Assembly: GCA_964016885.1 (NCBI GenBank)
Contig: OZ024741.1
Location: 156,860,001-156,924,000 of the forward strand
Direction: 5' to 3'
Length of the DNA: 64,000 nucleotides
From: Eledone cirrhosa
Lineage: Eukaryota
Below the pieces are notes generated by a model. That model did not search any database, was not told where the DNA came from, and saw nothing but the letters and a program-made list of their open reading frames with translations. A program made the position numbers and the translations under genes. Positions 26,205 to 41,089 of the stretch are shown here, one piece after another. Each line of letters begins with the position of its first letter. The first letter of the stretch is position 1.

Positions 26205-26912
26205 TTATAATTGTCTCTACTTTAGGCACAAGGCCAGCAAATTATCCAGTGCATTACTGGTACTTTATTTTATCGACCCCGTAAGGATGAAAGGCAAAGT
26301 CAACCTCGGCGGGATTTGAACTCAGATCGTAAAGGGACGTAACTATACTGGAAAGCATGGCGTCCGACCCTCTACCGATACTGCCAATCCACCGCCACTT
26401 ACATTATAATTGTTTCTACGTTAGGCACAAGGCCAGCAATTACCCAGTGTATTACTGGTACTTTATTTTATCGACCCCGTAAGGATGAAAGGCAAAGTTA
26501 ACCTCGGCGGGATTTGAACTCAGAATGGCAAGGGCCATAAGTCTATGCGTCAAAGAATGGCGTCCGACCCTCTACCAATACTGCCAATCCACCGCCACTT
26601 ACATTATAATACAAGATGGAATGTCCCGGTACTTCAAAGGGTCAGTCATGTCACACACTGTGTCGCGTTGAATCTCTGAATGACATGTAAAATACTCAAC
26701 CACTCACACAAGAATGATTTCTACTATAGGTACAAGCAATTTTAGTACAAATCGGTAGCAGTAATTACTGGTACTTTATTTTATCGACCCTGTAAGGATG
26801 AAAGGCAAAGCTAACCGCGGCGGGATTTGAACTCAGAACGTAAAGGGCCATAATTCTATGCTGCAAAGCGTGGTGCCTTACGCTTTACCGATGCTGCCAA
26901 TCCATCTCCCAC
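26205..26912 (-). mobile_element. Cluster of three SINE copies (two in exact tandem)
   Basis: Copies ~26210-26396, 26410-26596, 26720-26912; CCACTTACATTATAAT at 26196, 26395 and 26595. Confidence 0.9.
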
Positions 26913-27247
26913 AATAATACAAGATTGACTGTATCTGTAATTTACAGGGTTAGCCTTGTCGGACACTACATCGTGCTGAATCGCCCTGATATTTATATTA
27001 AGGGCTACGCATGTCTGTGGAAGCTCAGTCACTAATACGTTAATACAAGTTGGACTGTACCTGTAACTCTGAGGACCACCATTGTTACATATTGCGTCAT
27101 ACCGAATCACCATGACTTAGACGTGCACGTGTAGAACTCCCAGTCACTTGCACATTAATTTCACGTGAAGTCTGTTCTGTTGATCGAACAAGTGGAACAC
27201 TCGTCACCGGAACAGATGGTAGTGCTATAAACATATTATATAATCTA

Positions 27248-27437
27248 GGGCGGTGGATTGGCAGTATCGGTAGAGGGTCGGACGCTGTGCTTTCCAGCAT
27301 AATTACGTCCCTTTACGATCTGAGTTCAAATCCCGCCGAGGTTGACTTTGCCTTTAATCCTTACGAGGTCGATAAAATAAAGTACCAGTAATGCAGTGAG
27401 TAATTGCTGGCCTTGTGCCTAAAGTAGAAACAATTAT
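27248..27437 (+). mobile_element. Full-length SINE
   Basis: Consensus match to 49912-50100. Confidence 0.9.
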
Positions 27438-27555
27438 ATTTACATAATCTTTGTAAGTCATCTCAGACTGGTGAGGTTGATGTTCAGTTTGAATAAATTG
27501 AGATCTATGTTTGCAGTAATAACTTGTGTCGAGGAGAAACTCATTACCGGGACCA

Positions 27556-27695
<140 letters not shown>

Positions 27696-28437
27696 TGTTG
27701 GTTTGTGTGCATGTGGGTGCATGAGTGTAGCATCCTCACATTGAGGCAGCGAATTGAAAGAATCGTTAGAACGTCGAATAGAATGTTTTGGAGGGAATTC
27801 ATTTCGGCTTGCTGTGCTCAGTGAGTTCAAAAGCTGCGGAAGTCAACTTTGCCTTTCATCCTTTCGATATCGATAAAAAAAATATTAGCAATCCAGTACT
27901 GGGGTCGATTCTTTCTCTGTATTGCTTTCGCTCCTTCTTTCGAAGAAATCGGCTGTGTTCATACATTGAACACAGGGTATGGGCTCCGTCATGTGTAACT
28001 GTCCAAGACGTTAGGATAACGCCTCTACGACTCCATGATCCATACATATATCATCACGATGATGACGGAGGTCCATACGGATCCATACATATATCATCAC
28101 GATGATGGCGGAGGTCCATGCCTTTGTTGTGTTGATAGGTGGGGTAAACTTTGCTATTTTGCTACGATGAAACCTCTGTGATGCTCTGTCAACTGAGAAA
28201 TTGAAGTGTTTAATAAGAGTCGCTTCTTAAATTTTCTTACAATCTAGCCGACATATCACTCGCTTTTCAATCAACCGTGAAAAAAATATTTCAATACTTT
28301 CTTTCACAACTGACATCACTGTGGACAATAACTCAGGTTAGATTTAGTTTTCTGATGCTGGTGATAACAACAACAACAACAACAACAACAACAATAATAA
28401 TAATAATAACAATAACAACAACAACAACAACAGCAAA

Positions 28438-28509
<72 letters not shown>

Positions 28510-28513
<4 letters not shown>

Positions 28514-28707
28514 GTTTCTACTTTAGGCACAAGGCCAGCAATTACCAGTGCATTACTGGTACTTTATTTTATCGACCCCGTAAGGATGAAAGGCAAAGTC
28601 AACCTCGGCGGGATTTGAACTCAGATGGTAAAGAGACGTAACTATGCTGGAAAGCATGGCGTCCGACCCTCTACCGATACTGCCAATCCACCGCCAATCC
28701 ACCGCCC
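28510..28707 (-). mobile_element. Full-length SINE inserted in (AAT)n
   Basis: Consensus match; (AAT)n on both sides; 11-nt 5' duplication CCAATCCACCG. Confidence 0.9.
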
Positions 28708-28721
28708 TAATAATAATAATG

Positions 28722-28796
<75 letters not shown>

Positions 28797-29316
28797 GTTT
28801 GCTTCTTATAGTAAGATTAAACAAACAACCAGTTCCTATTTCATAGTTTTGCTTCTTTTGAAAAGAACATTTCCCATTGAGTTGACTTAACAAGATAGAA
28901 AAGTATTAGAAAGAATTATTCTTATTTTGAAGTAGGATATTGAGACGTTGAAGTGTTCTTTTCGGTGGAGTTTACTGGCGGTTATTGGAGTTATTGGAGT
29001 GAATGAATGTAGCCACAGAAGAAACTTCTTTTAAAAGAAACACCTTTAAATTTGAAGGACGAGTCAGTGTTGTTGGCCAATTATGTGGTTTTCAGCACAT
29101 CATAACGGCATCACTACGATTCCACCAACACTTGGTGGCCTACTATACGATATGGTACGACATAAATTAAGTACCAAACTTTATAAGATTAATATCCGAG
29201 CATTATCGCAATCTAATGTTTGAAGCCAACACACACACGCACGCGCGCGTGCGTGTGTGTGTAAATAACTATATGAATGTATGTGTACTTTTTCTACTTC
29301 CACAGTTTGTGGCGGA

Positions 29317-29492
29317 ACCTGCCTATCAGGGGCTGGACTTCAATCTCACATAAGAGCACCCATCGGTGCACTTCCTACTGACTATAGAACATACTAAACA
29401 GTGCACCCTTATCAACGCTACATAAGATCTCATGCAAGATCAGAGCATCATGTATACTGAAGTGCTCAAGGTTTGTATTCAGCAGTCAATCA

Positions 29493-29495
<3 letters not shown>
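29317..29495 (+). mobile_element. RTE 3' terminal fragment (C2H2 finger remnant)
   Basis: CGGTCLSGAGLQSHIRA resembles CARLCLSKAGLESHLRSH at ~18000. Confidence 0.55.
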
Positions 29496-29572
<77 letters not shown>

Positions 29573-29575
<3 letters not shown>

Positions 29576-29846
29576 AAAGTTCTATTTAAATTGTTGGGAT
29601 ACAACAAGCAAATATTTTTATAACTGATATAAAGCACTCAACAAATATTTGGAGTAAAAATACGATATTAACAAATGGAAACTATATTTATAAAACCATA
29701 TTTATTTCATTATACATATTTCAAGGACACCAAGTTAAATTGTGGTGTGCTTTCATCAGATGAAATATAATATAGATCAGTTTTATAAATAAATATTGAC
29801 ATACCCTTAAAGAATGCAACTATTACTGTTGGAAGCTCCCGGATAG
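29573..29846 (-). mobile_element. Naiad-type pLTR end plus tail, hammerhead at 29704-29766
   Basis: Homologous to 8866-9140; ATTTCAT-CTGATGA-AAGcACACCA/TGGTGTcCTT-GAAAT-ATGT-ATA-ATGAAAT. Confidence 0.8.
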
Positions 29847-29862
29847 TATATATATATATATA

Positions 29863-30924
<1,062 letters not shown>

Positions 30925-31576
30925 ATTATTATTTAAAACGCCACATTCCAGAAGAGTCGGAAAACATTTATTACATAACACTGACACGTGTTTCATTATA
31001 TGTGTTACATATCAGTCTAGGATCGCTAATATTTGACTATTTCAATGAAATTAAATCGAATAAAACCACTTAAGAAATTCTATGTAGACAACAAATTTTC
31101 AAAGTGGAATAAGAACTTTTTCATATATAGAGATATATAGAAAGCAACAAGAATTAAATGAAAGGGAAAAAGGAAAAAGGAAAAAGGAAAAAACAAAATA
31201 AGAAGAATAAAGAAAATAAGAAAAAACAGAGAGAACGTGAAAAAGAAAAAGAGAGGGGGAAACACATGAAAGAATAGAGAGGGAGAAATACACGGAGGAT
31301 AGTATTTTAGATAGAAAGACATAAGTAAGGGAAGAAATAAAGAGGAAGAAAAATAAAGAATTTAAGGGGGTGGAGATTAGGGGAAAGAGGTGGAAGGAGA
31401 AGGAAAGGGTAAGATAGGTGTAGATAAATCAATACAGATAAGAGTAGGGAAGGGTGGGAGCTTTATGATAGTGTTAAGAGAATAGCAAATCACAAGTGGA
31501 TTTAGTCCTACAAAAAAATCTGGACCATTATTGACTGGAAATGCACTCAGTTGAAAACAACAGAAATAGTTATGGC

Positions 31577-31646
<70 letters not shown>

Positions 31647-31849
31647 CAACAATAACACCGATTACAACAATTATATTGTTCAATGTACATTTCATCAACA
31701 TGACAACTACGTGGTCTTTTACAGATAAGAATACAACTGGCATTGCATCAAAGATGTCGAGAATCGGTTGGCGAAGATATTACCATAATAAAATTACAAT
31801 AAAGTTAGGGTAGTAGACTAGAGAAATGAGTAAATAGATAGTCTACCAC

Positions 31850-33618
31850 GTCATCATCTTCGCTAACACCTTGGCCAAAATCTTAAACTCTGTGTTCAGC
31901 AGAGTTATGGGCCTGGAGTTGTCTAACGTATCCCTCTTGTTCTCGTCTTTCCTCATCAGCGTCACTGCGCCCCCCCCCCCCCCCGGCTCACAGCACTGTG
32001 GGTGATATCTTCATTTTCTTTTGTAAGTGTTTTTGTGATGTATGGATTTTTTTGTATGTCTTTTTTTGTTTATTTTTGTTTTGTTTTTTGGGGGGGAGAG
32101 GAGTGTTGCCTTGTCTTCGCTACTGGAAGATGAGGGGTCTGTATCTGTACGTGTATCTGTGTCTGATTCTGTGTTTCTGTTGTGTTTGTGTCAATGTGTG
32201 TATTTTTTGTGGGTGAGAATGGGAGAATTTTCCTTGTTTTCCTCCTGGTGTGGTGCTGGTGCTGGTGGGAGTTGTTCGTCTGGTGTTGCTGCTGTTGGAG
32301 GGGTGTCGGTTTTGGTGGAGCTTTGCAACTCGGCACTGGAGTTGGCATCAACGGAGGCATGCGGCCATATGCGGCCCTCCGCGTTTTTGAGCTGAGGGCA
32401 GAAAGCTCGCAGATGTGTTGCTTCACCACAGACGAAGCAGTGTGGCCTTTTTCCCCCCGTGATTAATTGAATTGTCGACCCATCCTGGGTCCGCGATGTT
32501 ATTGAGCTGTTCTTGTTTCATTTGGAGAAGAATCTCCAAATCCATTCCGGACCAGTCCTCTCTTTCTCTCTCTCTTTTTTTTTAATGCCCATGAGGCTAC
32601 TGTCGGTACCCTCCTCAACACGCACCACAGGAGTCACCATATGTTCAGTCCTGGCGGGATCCTTGGAATGTGAACCTTCACAGTCTTTTTGCCCATATGG
32701 GACAGGTACATTACAATATGGCCGTGCTACGAGGGGCCACCGAGTGTTTAATAGCAAGGGCCTCGGCTTTGAACAGTACCAAGATTGTGCCGAACTGTCT
32801 GGCCCCTGCTTTGTATTCTATGTCGACCTTGATGAATTTCAGTGCAGTTTAACTTCCGCCTGGATGGCAAGTCCCGCTTTGCGTTTCTGCACCGAAATAC
32901 ATGGATGATACAAAGTCCTCCTTTGTGTTGCTGCTATTGCTTCGTCCGAGATGGTTAGGCTGGCCCAGGATTTTTCGCGCTTAATCATCCTCCACCCCGA
33001 GGCCAAATGTTGCTCCTTCTCCGTAATATTCACTTGGTAAAATGTTCTAGTTTTTGCAACCGCAGCTGTTGTTGTTCACATTATTGTTGCTTCTCTCAGT
33101 TGTTCTTATTATAGGTGTCGTTGTTGTTACTATTGCAATTGGTGTTGGTGCAGTTGTTGCAGTTGGTGCTGTTGTTTTTAATTACGTTGCTATTGTTGTT
33201 GATGCTGTTTTCTTCACTTGTTTCATTATTGTTGATGTTGCTGTGGTTGTTCATGTTGTTGGTGGTGGTGTTGCTCATTTCTTTTTTTTATGTTGTACTT
33301 GTAATTCATTTTGTTTCTCCTTAATTGTGTTTGTGTTCCTCCTCTCAACTTTCAAGTCACTATCCTGAGACGGCGGATTAAAAGTTGGTAGGCGTGTCTC
33401 GTCCATATTTTGGGGGAAAAGAAATTTTCAAAATAAATAAATAAAGTTCAAATATTTGGGCCTAAAGGCCCAGGTATTACAAAGTCTCCCCTTCACAGGG
33501 AACAGACTGAAGTCTTACGATCCTTTTTCAAAAACAATACAACAATTCGAACTAAAAGTTCTGAAAATATACTACCTTGCGGAGTTCACAAAAATACGTC
33601 TTTATATTCTGACAGCCA
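31850..33618 (-). mobile_element. Tx1-like LINE 5' portion (ORF1 remnant plus small ORF2 piece)
   Basis: N/T-rich N-terminus, RRM-like region, degenerate Zn knuckle (CFVCGEA..H..C), RPITLLNTEFKILAKVLA at ~31860-31920; 5' end abuts (ATT)n. Confidence 0.75.
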
Positions 33619-33640
33619 ATAATAATAATAATAATAATAA

Positions 33641-33697
33641 TTGTTTCTACTATTGGCACAAGGCCAGCAATCATCCAGTACATTACTGGTACTTTAT
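33641..33697 (-). mobile_element. SINE 3' fragment between (AAT)n runs
   Basis: TTGTTTCTAC..GGCACAAGGCCAGCAAT..ATTACTGGTACTTTATT. Confidence 0.75.
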
Positions 33698-33744
<47 letters not shown>

Positions 33745-33749
<5 letters not shown>

Positions 33750-36700
33750 TCTTTATTAGCCACAAGGGTTTACATAAAGTAGACATTAAGGACAGTACAA
33801 AAAAACGAAAACAGAGGATGTAACAAAAAAATAACAATGAAACGGGGGAGACTTCCGAGGGACATTCGTGGAGAAAGCCCATTAAAAAGCCACAGTGACC
33901 CTGACCACCAGGGCAAGTGCCCTCTCCCAGTTTTCCACCTTTAATTTACAGACACATACTCAGAGTAGGCCCAATCACTCGGGCCATTCTTGCCTCTCTC
34001 ACCCATCTTTCAACAAAATGCTGGGAAGAGAGCACTTCCCTCTCTACTGATTTTCCTTTTTAAATGAAATTTGAAAAAGTTAATCAGGGCATCACCAAAG
34101 AGGTAAGTGCTCGTCTTCAGCCCTTTCAAACGTGTCCACCATACTATCTCTTTCGCCATGGCCTCCAGACAGATAAAAACTGCCTGCTCTTCCCGGCTAA
34201 AGGAAGAGGGAGGGGCAATCCTCACGATGGACTCAGCTGATAGCTGGATCAGTTCTACACGCGACAGCAGGTGTTCGACATTAACCCACATGTCAGCAAT
34301 GCTCGGACACTGGACGAGTGCGTGCAGGACGGTTTCGTCGCCCTGCGCGCATCTCGGACATGCCCGGCTGACGGCACCTCAATGCCTGTAGAGTTTATCC
34401 CGAACTGGCAAAGCTCCTCGGTAGCACTGCCAGGCCAGGGATTTCTGGAAGTTGTCCATAGGCCCTAGGCCCCGGCCCGAAAGTTCTTCCGAAGAGATTG
34501 GCTAGTTGATTTTCGTCGACGCCTAGAGTTTCCCCAGGTACGTCGTCGCTCTTCCCCTCCACTAATCCTCTATAGAACGCCAAGGTGGAGTTTCCACCGA
34601 TCACATTGCCCGATTGGTCGAGGGCTGTGAGCGCCTGAAGACATTCCAGTCTCCAAGCGCTCCCTCTCGGTCTTCGCTTAACCCACTACTGCAGCTCGGT
34701 CAAGGAGACGAGCTGAGGAAAGACGCGTCTAGCAAACGGCGACCACACCTGATCACCGTCGAGGAAGAGGTGGAGATGTCGTAGCCTGAGCGCGTGTCTT
34801 CGCATCATCAGCCACGGCATGCCCAGCCCTCCACGTAGCGGGTGTTGACAGCAGATAGAACGTCTTCCACAAAAAGCGAAAGAGCAAACGCACCAGCGCA
34901 GTCAGGCGGGGCTTAGGACAAGGTACAACGGTCAGGCGGTAGTAGATGACGGACGCGATGTACGTGTTAGCCACCTCCGCTCGACCTTTCAGGGAGAGCT
35001 TCCTCTACGCCCATTTCTGGGTGAGAGAAGCAAACCTGCTCGTCACCTCGTCCCAGTTTTTGTCCGTCTGGAGGTCCGGACCGAACCAGACCCCTAGCAA
35101 TTTAACCGGTCCGTCCGTCCAGCGCTTCGTATTCTCTTAGTGTAGTGCCGATCGCCTCGATGTGTTTGGCGTTCGACACCACTACGGTGACATCGTCCGC
35201 ATATGCTAAAACGGATCTTCCGCATCCTAGTTCGCGCGGGATCCCCCTCAACGTCTCCAGTTTGTGCAGTAATGGCTCGAGAGTCAATACGTACAAGAGC
35301 GGCGAGAGGGGACATCCTTGGCGGACCTAGCGCATGATGTTGAACGGTTCCGAAAGCCACAGAGCAGATGTCGCTGTGCATGGCAGCGATCCAGCCTCTG
35401 AAGACGGGCCCAAAGCCAGCCGCCCTCAGAACTGCCACTAGGAAACGATGGTCGACCCTATCGAAAGCTTTCGACTGATCTAAATTGATGAAGGACCCAC
35501 TCGTGCCAGGTTCCCTAGCTACCCTCTCTACGATGTATCGCATGAGGTGGAGGTTGTCGTAGATGGATCTGTCGGGAATGGCGCATGTCTGCGCCTCTCC
35601 CACCAGACCACCAACGACAAGCGCCAACCTCTTTGCTAGCACCTTGGCCAAAATCTTGAACTCTGTGTTTAGCAGAGTTATGGGCCTGAAATTATCTAAG
35701 TTATCCCCCTTGTTCGGATTCTTTCTCAGCAGCGCCAACGCTCCTCGACTCACAAATCTGGGAATTCTCCCGTTCTGTTGCCAGTTGCAGAAGACGTCCG
35801 CCAAGTGGCCTCCGAACAAGTCTGGCATCTGTACGTAAAGTTCATAGGGCAGACCATCCAAACCAGGCGATTTACCCCTTGTGCAGCCAGTCATTGCCTC
35901 CCGTACTTCAGCGGCTGTTATCGGCTTTTCGCAACACTCCGCCTCAGTGGCCGAGAGCCGCGGCAGTCCGTCGAGGTAGACACTAAAGTTCATCCCTCGA
36001 TCCGGCCCGCCGCTGCCCCCGAACAGCTGAGCGAAGTGTCGCTGTAAAGCTTCACACATTTGCCCGGGATAGAGTAGCATGCGCCCGTCGTGGTCCACCA
36101 AAGACCGGATCGTGGCTTTATTGCCACGACGCGCCTGCGCCACTCGGGCCCATTGAACGGCTTTCATCCCCTCGTATCTGAGAGCACGCACCCTAGCTCT
36201 GATAACGCAGCCTTCGTGCTTTGCATTGAAGAATTGGTCAAGAGCCAATTTCGCCGCAAGTACGTCGGTCGCGATGCCTTTGCTATGCGGTTTGTCCAAG
36301 TCCACATTGGCACATTTGGGAAATCCAATCGGTACCTGTCAGACAGTTCAAAACGCCTGAGCAGGTTGGTGAGGCTGTCGCACCCTCCTCCCCTATCCGC
36401 TAATCCCACACAGTCCCAGCGTGCATCTAAGATCCCGTTCCAGTCGCCCACTAACACTAAAGAGCGGGACGTTCTAAGAAAGGCCTCCAGACGCCGGAAG
36501 AAATCAGGCCGCCCTGCTCCTGTCGGGGCATAGACGGCCACTAGCATGAAAGCTTGCCCGTCTCCGCTGGTCAAATCCAGCACCACCAACTTACCTTCTG
36601 GTTCCAGGAAGATCGCCCGTATGGCGAGATCCAAACCTCTTCGAAAAAGCACAGCAACTCCTTCCCCCGATCCAGGACGACTGGGAGATGCGTACACATC

Positions 36701-39180
36701 GTAGCCGCCGAAGATCGGTGCGAAGGCCCGTGCTTCGGAGATTCTGGTCTCGCTGATGGCCACTACATCTATGTTTAGTGACCTGAGGTCGTTGAGCAGG
36801 TGGCCCTGCTTCCATGACGACCCCAAGCCGCGCGCATTTATGCTGCCTATTCTGAGTGAGGTCATGTTGAAATAGAGTGGAAAAGATGGGAAAGAACACT
36901 TACCTTACTTTTCGGAGAGGAAGGATGGTTTCTCCATCCTTTTCACTGCTTGTGGACTCCTCCGGAAGGATGTCCTTATAAATCCTCCTGCAGAGTGCTT
37001 GTCGGAAGACTCCGATCTCTTTGGGGAATTTTTGTTTTAGTGTCGTGTACGTTTTCTGTGTGATGCGAGTGATTTGTATGAGTGAAGGTGATGTGAACTT
37101 TGTGGTTGTTGTGTAGTCTTTTTCTGTGATGGTGGTGTTGTGTTGGATGTAGTGTAATAATTGGTTGTTCAAATTTAATGCTGTGTAGTGTGTATCGTTT
37201 TGGTTGTTTTGTTTTGTTTGCGTTTGTTGTGGGTTTGTTTCTGTTTCGCTTTTTGGTGACTTTTGTGGTGTTGGTGATGGTGGTATTGGGGTTAATGATG
37301 GTGATGGTATTGGTGTTTGTGGTGATGGGGTTGGTGATGCTGGTGTGGATGGTGGCATAGCTGTCCTAACTTTTTTGTTTGATAGTTTATTTGTTTCCCT
37401 CTGTATTTTGTTTTTGGAGGCGTTGGTTTTGGTTGTGGCGTGGTCGATGGTGTAGGCGCTGGTGCTAGTTCTGGCGCGTTGGGTGGTGGTGGTGTTGGTT
37501 TTGCTACTGTTGCTGGGGTTGTTGCTGTTACAGTTGCTTCTGTTGTTGCTGCCATTTCTGCTGCTGGTGGTGTTGATGGTTGAGTCACTGGGGTGGGTAA
37601 GAGAGGTGGCCTCAACCTTTTAGCCTGAGGGCAGAAAGCCCTTAGGTGGGTTCCTTCACCACAAACGACACACCTAGGCCTTCTGCCCTCGACGATTACG
37701 GTGAGGTGGCTGCCGTCAGTGAGGTCTATTACCTCTGGGATCTCCTCAATGCTTTTTGTCCGCTTGGATCAGGAGCTCCATCCCAGATCCGGACCAGTTC
37801 TCCTGCTTTTCTTTCGCTATTTCGATTATCTTGGTGTTGGCCTCGATGCCGGCGAGGACGGCAGCCATTAGCAAGGGAATTTCAATGGCCGGTGGAACGT
37901 GGGTCACTCTGATCTTCACAAGTCTCTGGCCACAATAGCTTGGGACGAGTGTTCTCTCCACTCCTGTGGTGTTCCAAAGATGATGTTTGGGATGGCATCG
38001 ATGCACTTCTGGTCAGTCTGTATTAGCATTTGAATGCCTATTCCTGACCAGTTCTCTCTTCCCATTCTCTCTATTTGCAGTATGGTTGTCTTCTCCTCGA
38101 TTCCAGCCTGTACAGACGTGGCAAGCTAATGTATGGGCACGTCGGGCGGGTCCTGGGTCACTTTGACGCTCACAATTTTCTGCCCACAGTAGGAGGGCAC
38201 CAAGACTATCTCCTCACTCTTTAGGGTTTCCAAAGAGTGAGACTTCGCCTCTTGTGGGGTGGCGAAAAGTCGGTCTACTGTGGTGTACTTTTTGCCTCGG
38301 GTATTGTATATTTTGCGCGCCCAGACGCACCCCAAGGCCTTTTGGATTTGAGCCTCCGTGGCTCTCTCTCCACCCGATGTGACATTTTGCTTACGGTGCG
38401 GTAAGTCACCGTGCGCAGCTGCTGGTCTTTGAAGAAATCGAATGGAGGTTTCAAGGAAACTCTATTGTCGTTTCTTGTCACCATGGCTCTTGTGACTGCC
38501 ATCTCCTCCTCCATGACTAGCACTGTCACTATATTTCGGGCCACACCTGCGAAAGAAGTAGGCCCTTTTTCAGCGGCACCATTATTGCTGCCGCTACTGC
38601 TGCTACTGGTCTTGTTGTTGGTGCTGTTGATGTTGCTACAAACGGTGTTGTTGGTGTTGTTTCTGTTATCACTGTTGTAGTTGATTGTGTTTTTGGTGCC
38701 ACCGTTGTTGTTGTTTTCGGTGCAATTTATATTGTTGCTGTTGGTGTTGTCGTTGTTCATTTTCTTGTTAGTGGTGTTAATATCGTTGTTGCATTTGTTG
38801 TCATTTTTTTCTGTTGTCTGTATTTTGGTTGTCGCTGTTATTGTTGTAGTCGGTGTGGTAATCTTTTTTTAAATTAGTGTTCTCGGTGTTGTTGTCTTTC
38901 TTCACATTGTTTGTGATGGTGTTTGTTGCATGAGTTTCTGTAACCCTCCTCTCAACTTTTACGCCGTTGTCACACGACAGCAGACATATGGGGGGGGGGG
39001 TGGCTCAGCGATGCTTTTTTTTGTTTTGAAAAGTAAAATGTTCAAATATTAATCAAATATTATACTTTCCCCTTCACAGGTCAATGTCCAAGGGCTTATA
39101 TCGTAAATTAAGCAACAAATAATTGTAACAGGTAAATAAAGCGACTTACTGGGAGCGAGCAAAAAGCGTCCGAACAGACC
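33745..39180 (-). mobile_element. Near-full-length Tx1-like LINE with internal deletions
   Basis: ORF1 ~38950-36900; ORF2 36865-33950 (APE GSINARG/GDWN; RT KSPGLDG, RPITLLN, DQSKAFD, GCPLSP, YADD; CCHC); (TTA)n at both ends. Confidence 0.92.
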
Positions 39181-39209
39181 AATAATAATAGTAATAATAA
39201 TAATAATAA

Positions 39210-39562
39210 TGATTTCATTTATTGGCCACAAGGGCCAACATGTAGGGGACAATACAAAGACAGGGACAGTGGGGGTTTACAATAAGGTCGAGTAAAAGTG
39301 CACAATGGCAAGACTAATTTAACAATGAAGATATAAAAATATAAAATAAACTATGCATAAATATAACAAAATAAATTCCCCTATCGGGGGTGGACGACCC
39401 AGGGGTGACTTAGGTACCCCACTAATCCTGAACCACCCTGCGCTTCTAGGGCACCCAGGGAGAGCACCCCTCTCCTCAAATTAGCTAGCCTATAGGCGCA
39501 TGGTCAGAGTAGGCCCATTCACACGGGCTATTCTCGCCACATTCATCCACCTTTTAGCAAAT
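39210..39562 (-). mobile_element. Tx1-like LINE 3' end (same subfamily as 14735-15085)
   Basis: Near-identical to 14735-15085. Confidence 0.9.
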
Positions 39563-39749
39563 TCCCGCCGATTAAATAAAGTACCAGTAATACACTGGGT
39601 AATTGCTGGCATTGTGCCAAAAGTAGAAACAATTATTATTACGCACATGTGTGAAGACGTACAAGTCTGCGGGAGAAGATGTTCGTAATTTTAAGCTGTT
39701 TTAAAGTATCATTTTTTTGTATTTTCTTGTTGATAACGATAATAATAAT

Positions 39750-39890
39750 AATTGTTTCAACTTTTGGCACAAGGCCGGCAATTATCCCAGTGCATTACTG
39801 GTACTTTATTTTATCGACCCCGTAAGGATGAAAGGCAAAGTTAACCTCGGCGGGATTTGAACTCAGACCGTAAAGTGACGTAACTATGCA
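39750..39890 (-). mobile_element. SINE, 5'-truncated; a further SINE 3' piece (+) lies at 39573-39640
   Basis: Consensus match. Confidence 0.8.
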
Positions 39891-39904
39891 GAGAAAGTGT
39901 CAGA

Positions 39905-40385
39905 GAATAAAAAGCAACCATTCTCTGGGAGATGCCAATACAGAAAGATCAAAGCCAACCGACCAAATATTATAGTCCACAAAGAAAACAAATGCCTTTT
40001 AATAGATGTATCAATCCCCACAGACAACAATATATCTTAAGGAAATAGAGAAATTCTCCAAATATAAAGATCTAGAGATAGAAATAATTCGAATGTGGAA
40101 AATGGAAACAGAAACAATACCTATGATAACAGGTGCTCTAGGAATGATAAAAAAAAATACAGACAAATACATAGCCAAAACCACAGGAGTTACAAATATA
40201 TACAACATACAAAAGATAGCACTACTAGGCACTTCACACATATTACGAAATGTAACTATCAATACAATAGAAACAAAATCAGCAAAATCTACACTGCTCA
40301 TACACAAGGAGCACAGAGTTGTGCTCGGTAAAGCAGTAATGATGCACAATAAAAATAATAATTGCAATAATAATAATAAATAATT
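39905..40385 (+). mobile_element. R4/Dong-like RLE LINE 3' end
   Basis: ILWEMPIQ..NRPNII..LLIDVSIP..KYKDLEIEI..W..GALG; (TAA)n tail. Confidence 0.8.
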
Positions 40386-41089
40386 CACAAAAACACAATT
40401 ACCTTGTATTGTTGTATTTGCACTAAATCCAAATTTATTGTTTAGGAAAATCTTTTGCAATTCTCGAAAAACTTACAGCTGTCATTTTGAAAACGAATTT
40501 CAATTCAAATTTATGGATTTTTTTTAAACATGTTTATATTTTTTTTATACATTCTCTAAGCTTTATTTCATTTCAATATATAAATATCCGAAATTTAGTA
40601 ATATGTAAAACATTTAAATATGGAAGTTGCTGCAGCTTCACAACTGGTACATATTGTATATAAACATCAATTTCGACATTTAAGATGTAAATTATTAAAG
40701 TAACTATGAGACAACTTTACAAATACAATGGCTTTTGTGTGTGTGGAGGGGTTTGTAAATACGTGTGTAAATACACGTGTATTAGAGAGTACATATTGCG
40801 TGTACGTATATAGGTATCTGTGAAATGTTGAGTGCGTGAGTATGTGTACATGTATCTTTGTGTGAGTAAGAGTGAGTGGATGTATGTACACGCATCTATG
40901 CCCGTATCCGTGTATGTTTGTGTAGATGGATGCACGTGTGCTTCTATGTTTGTGTATATATGTCTGCATGTACGTGTTCTTCCTGTTATATCAAGCGTTA
41001 ACCTAATATATACCTTCCATATACTGTACCGACTGTGTTGTTATTTCTATTTACCTGTTTACCTTTTATATTCATACATATATATATAT

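Noticed and set aside
29290-29495. Possible host exon after polypyrimidine-CAG
   Set aside because: All frames stop quickly; best frame matches an RTE zinc finger
33641-39640. Inverted SINE 3' fragments bracketing the Tx1 stack as TIRs of a composite transposon
   Set aside because: High-copy SINE, no shared TSD; likely coincidence
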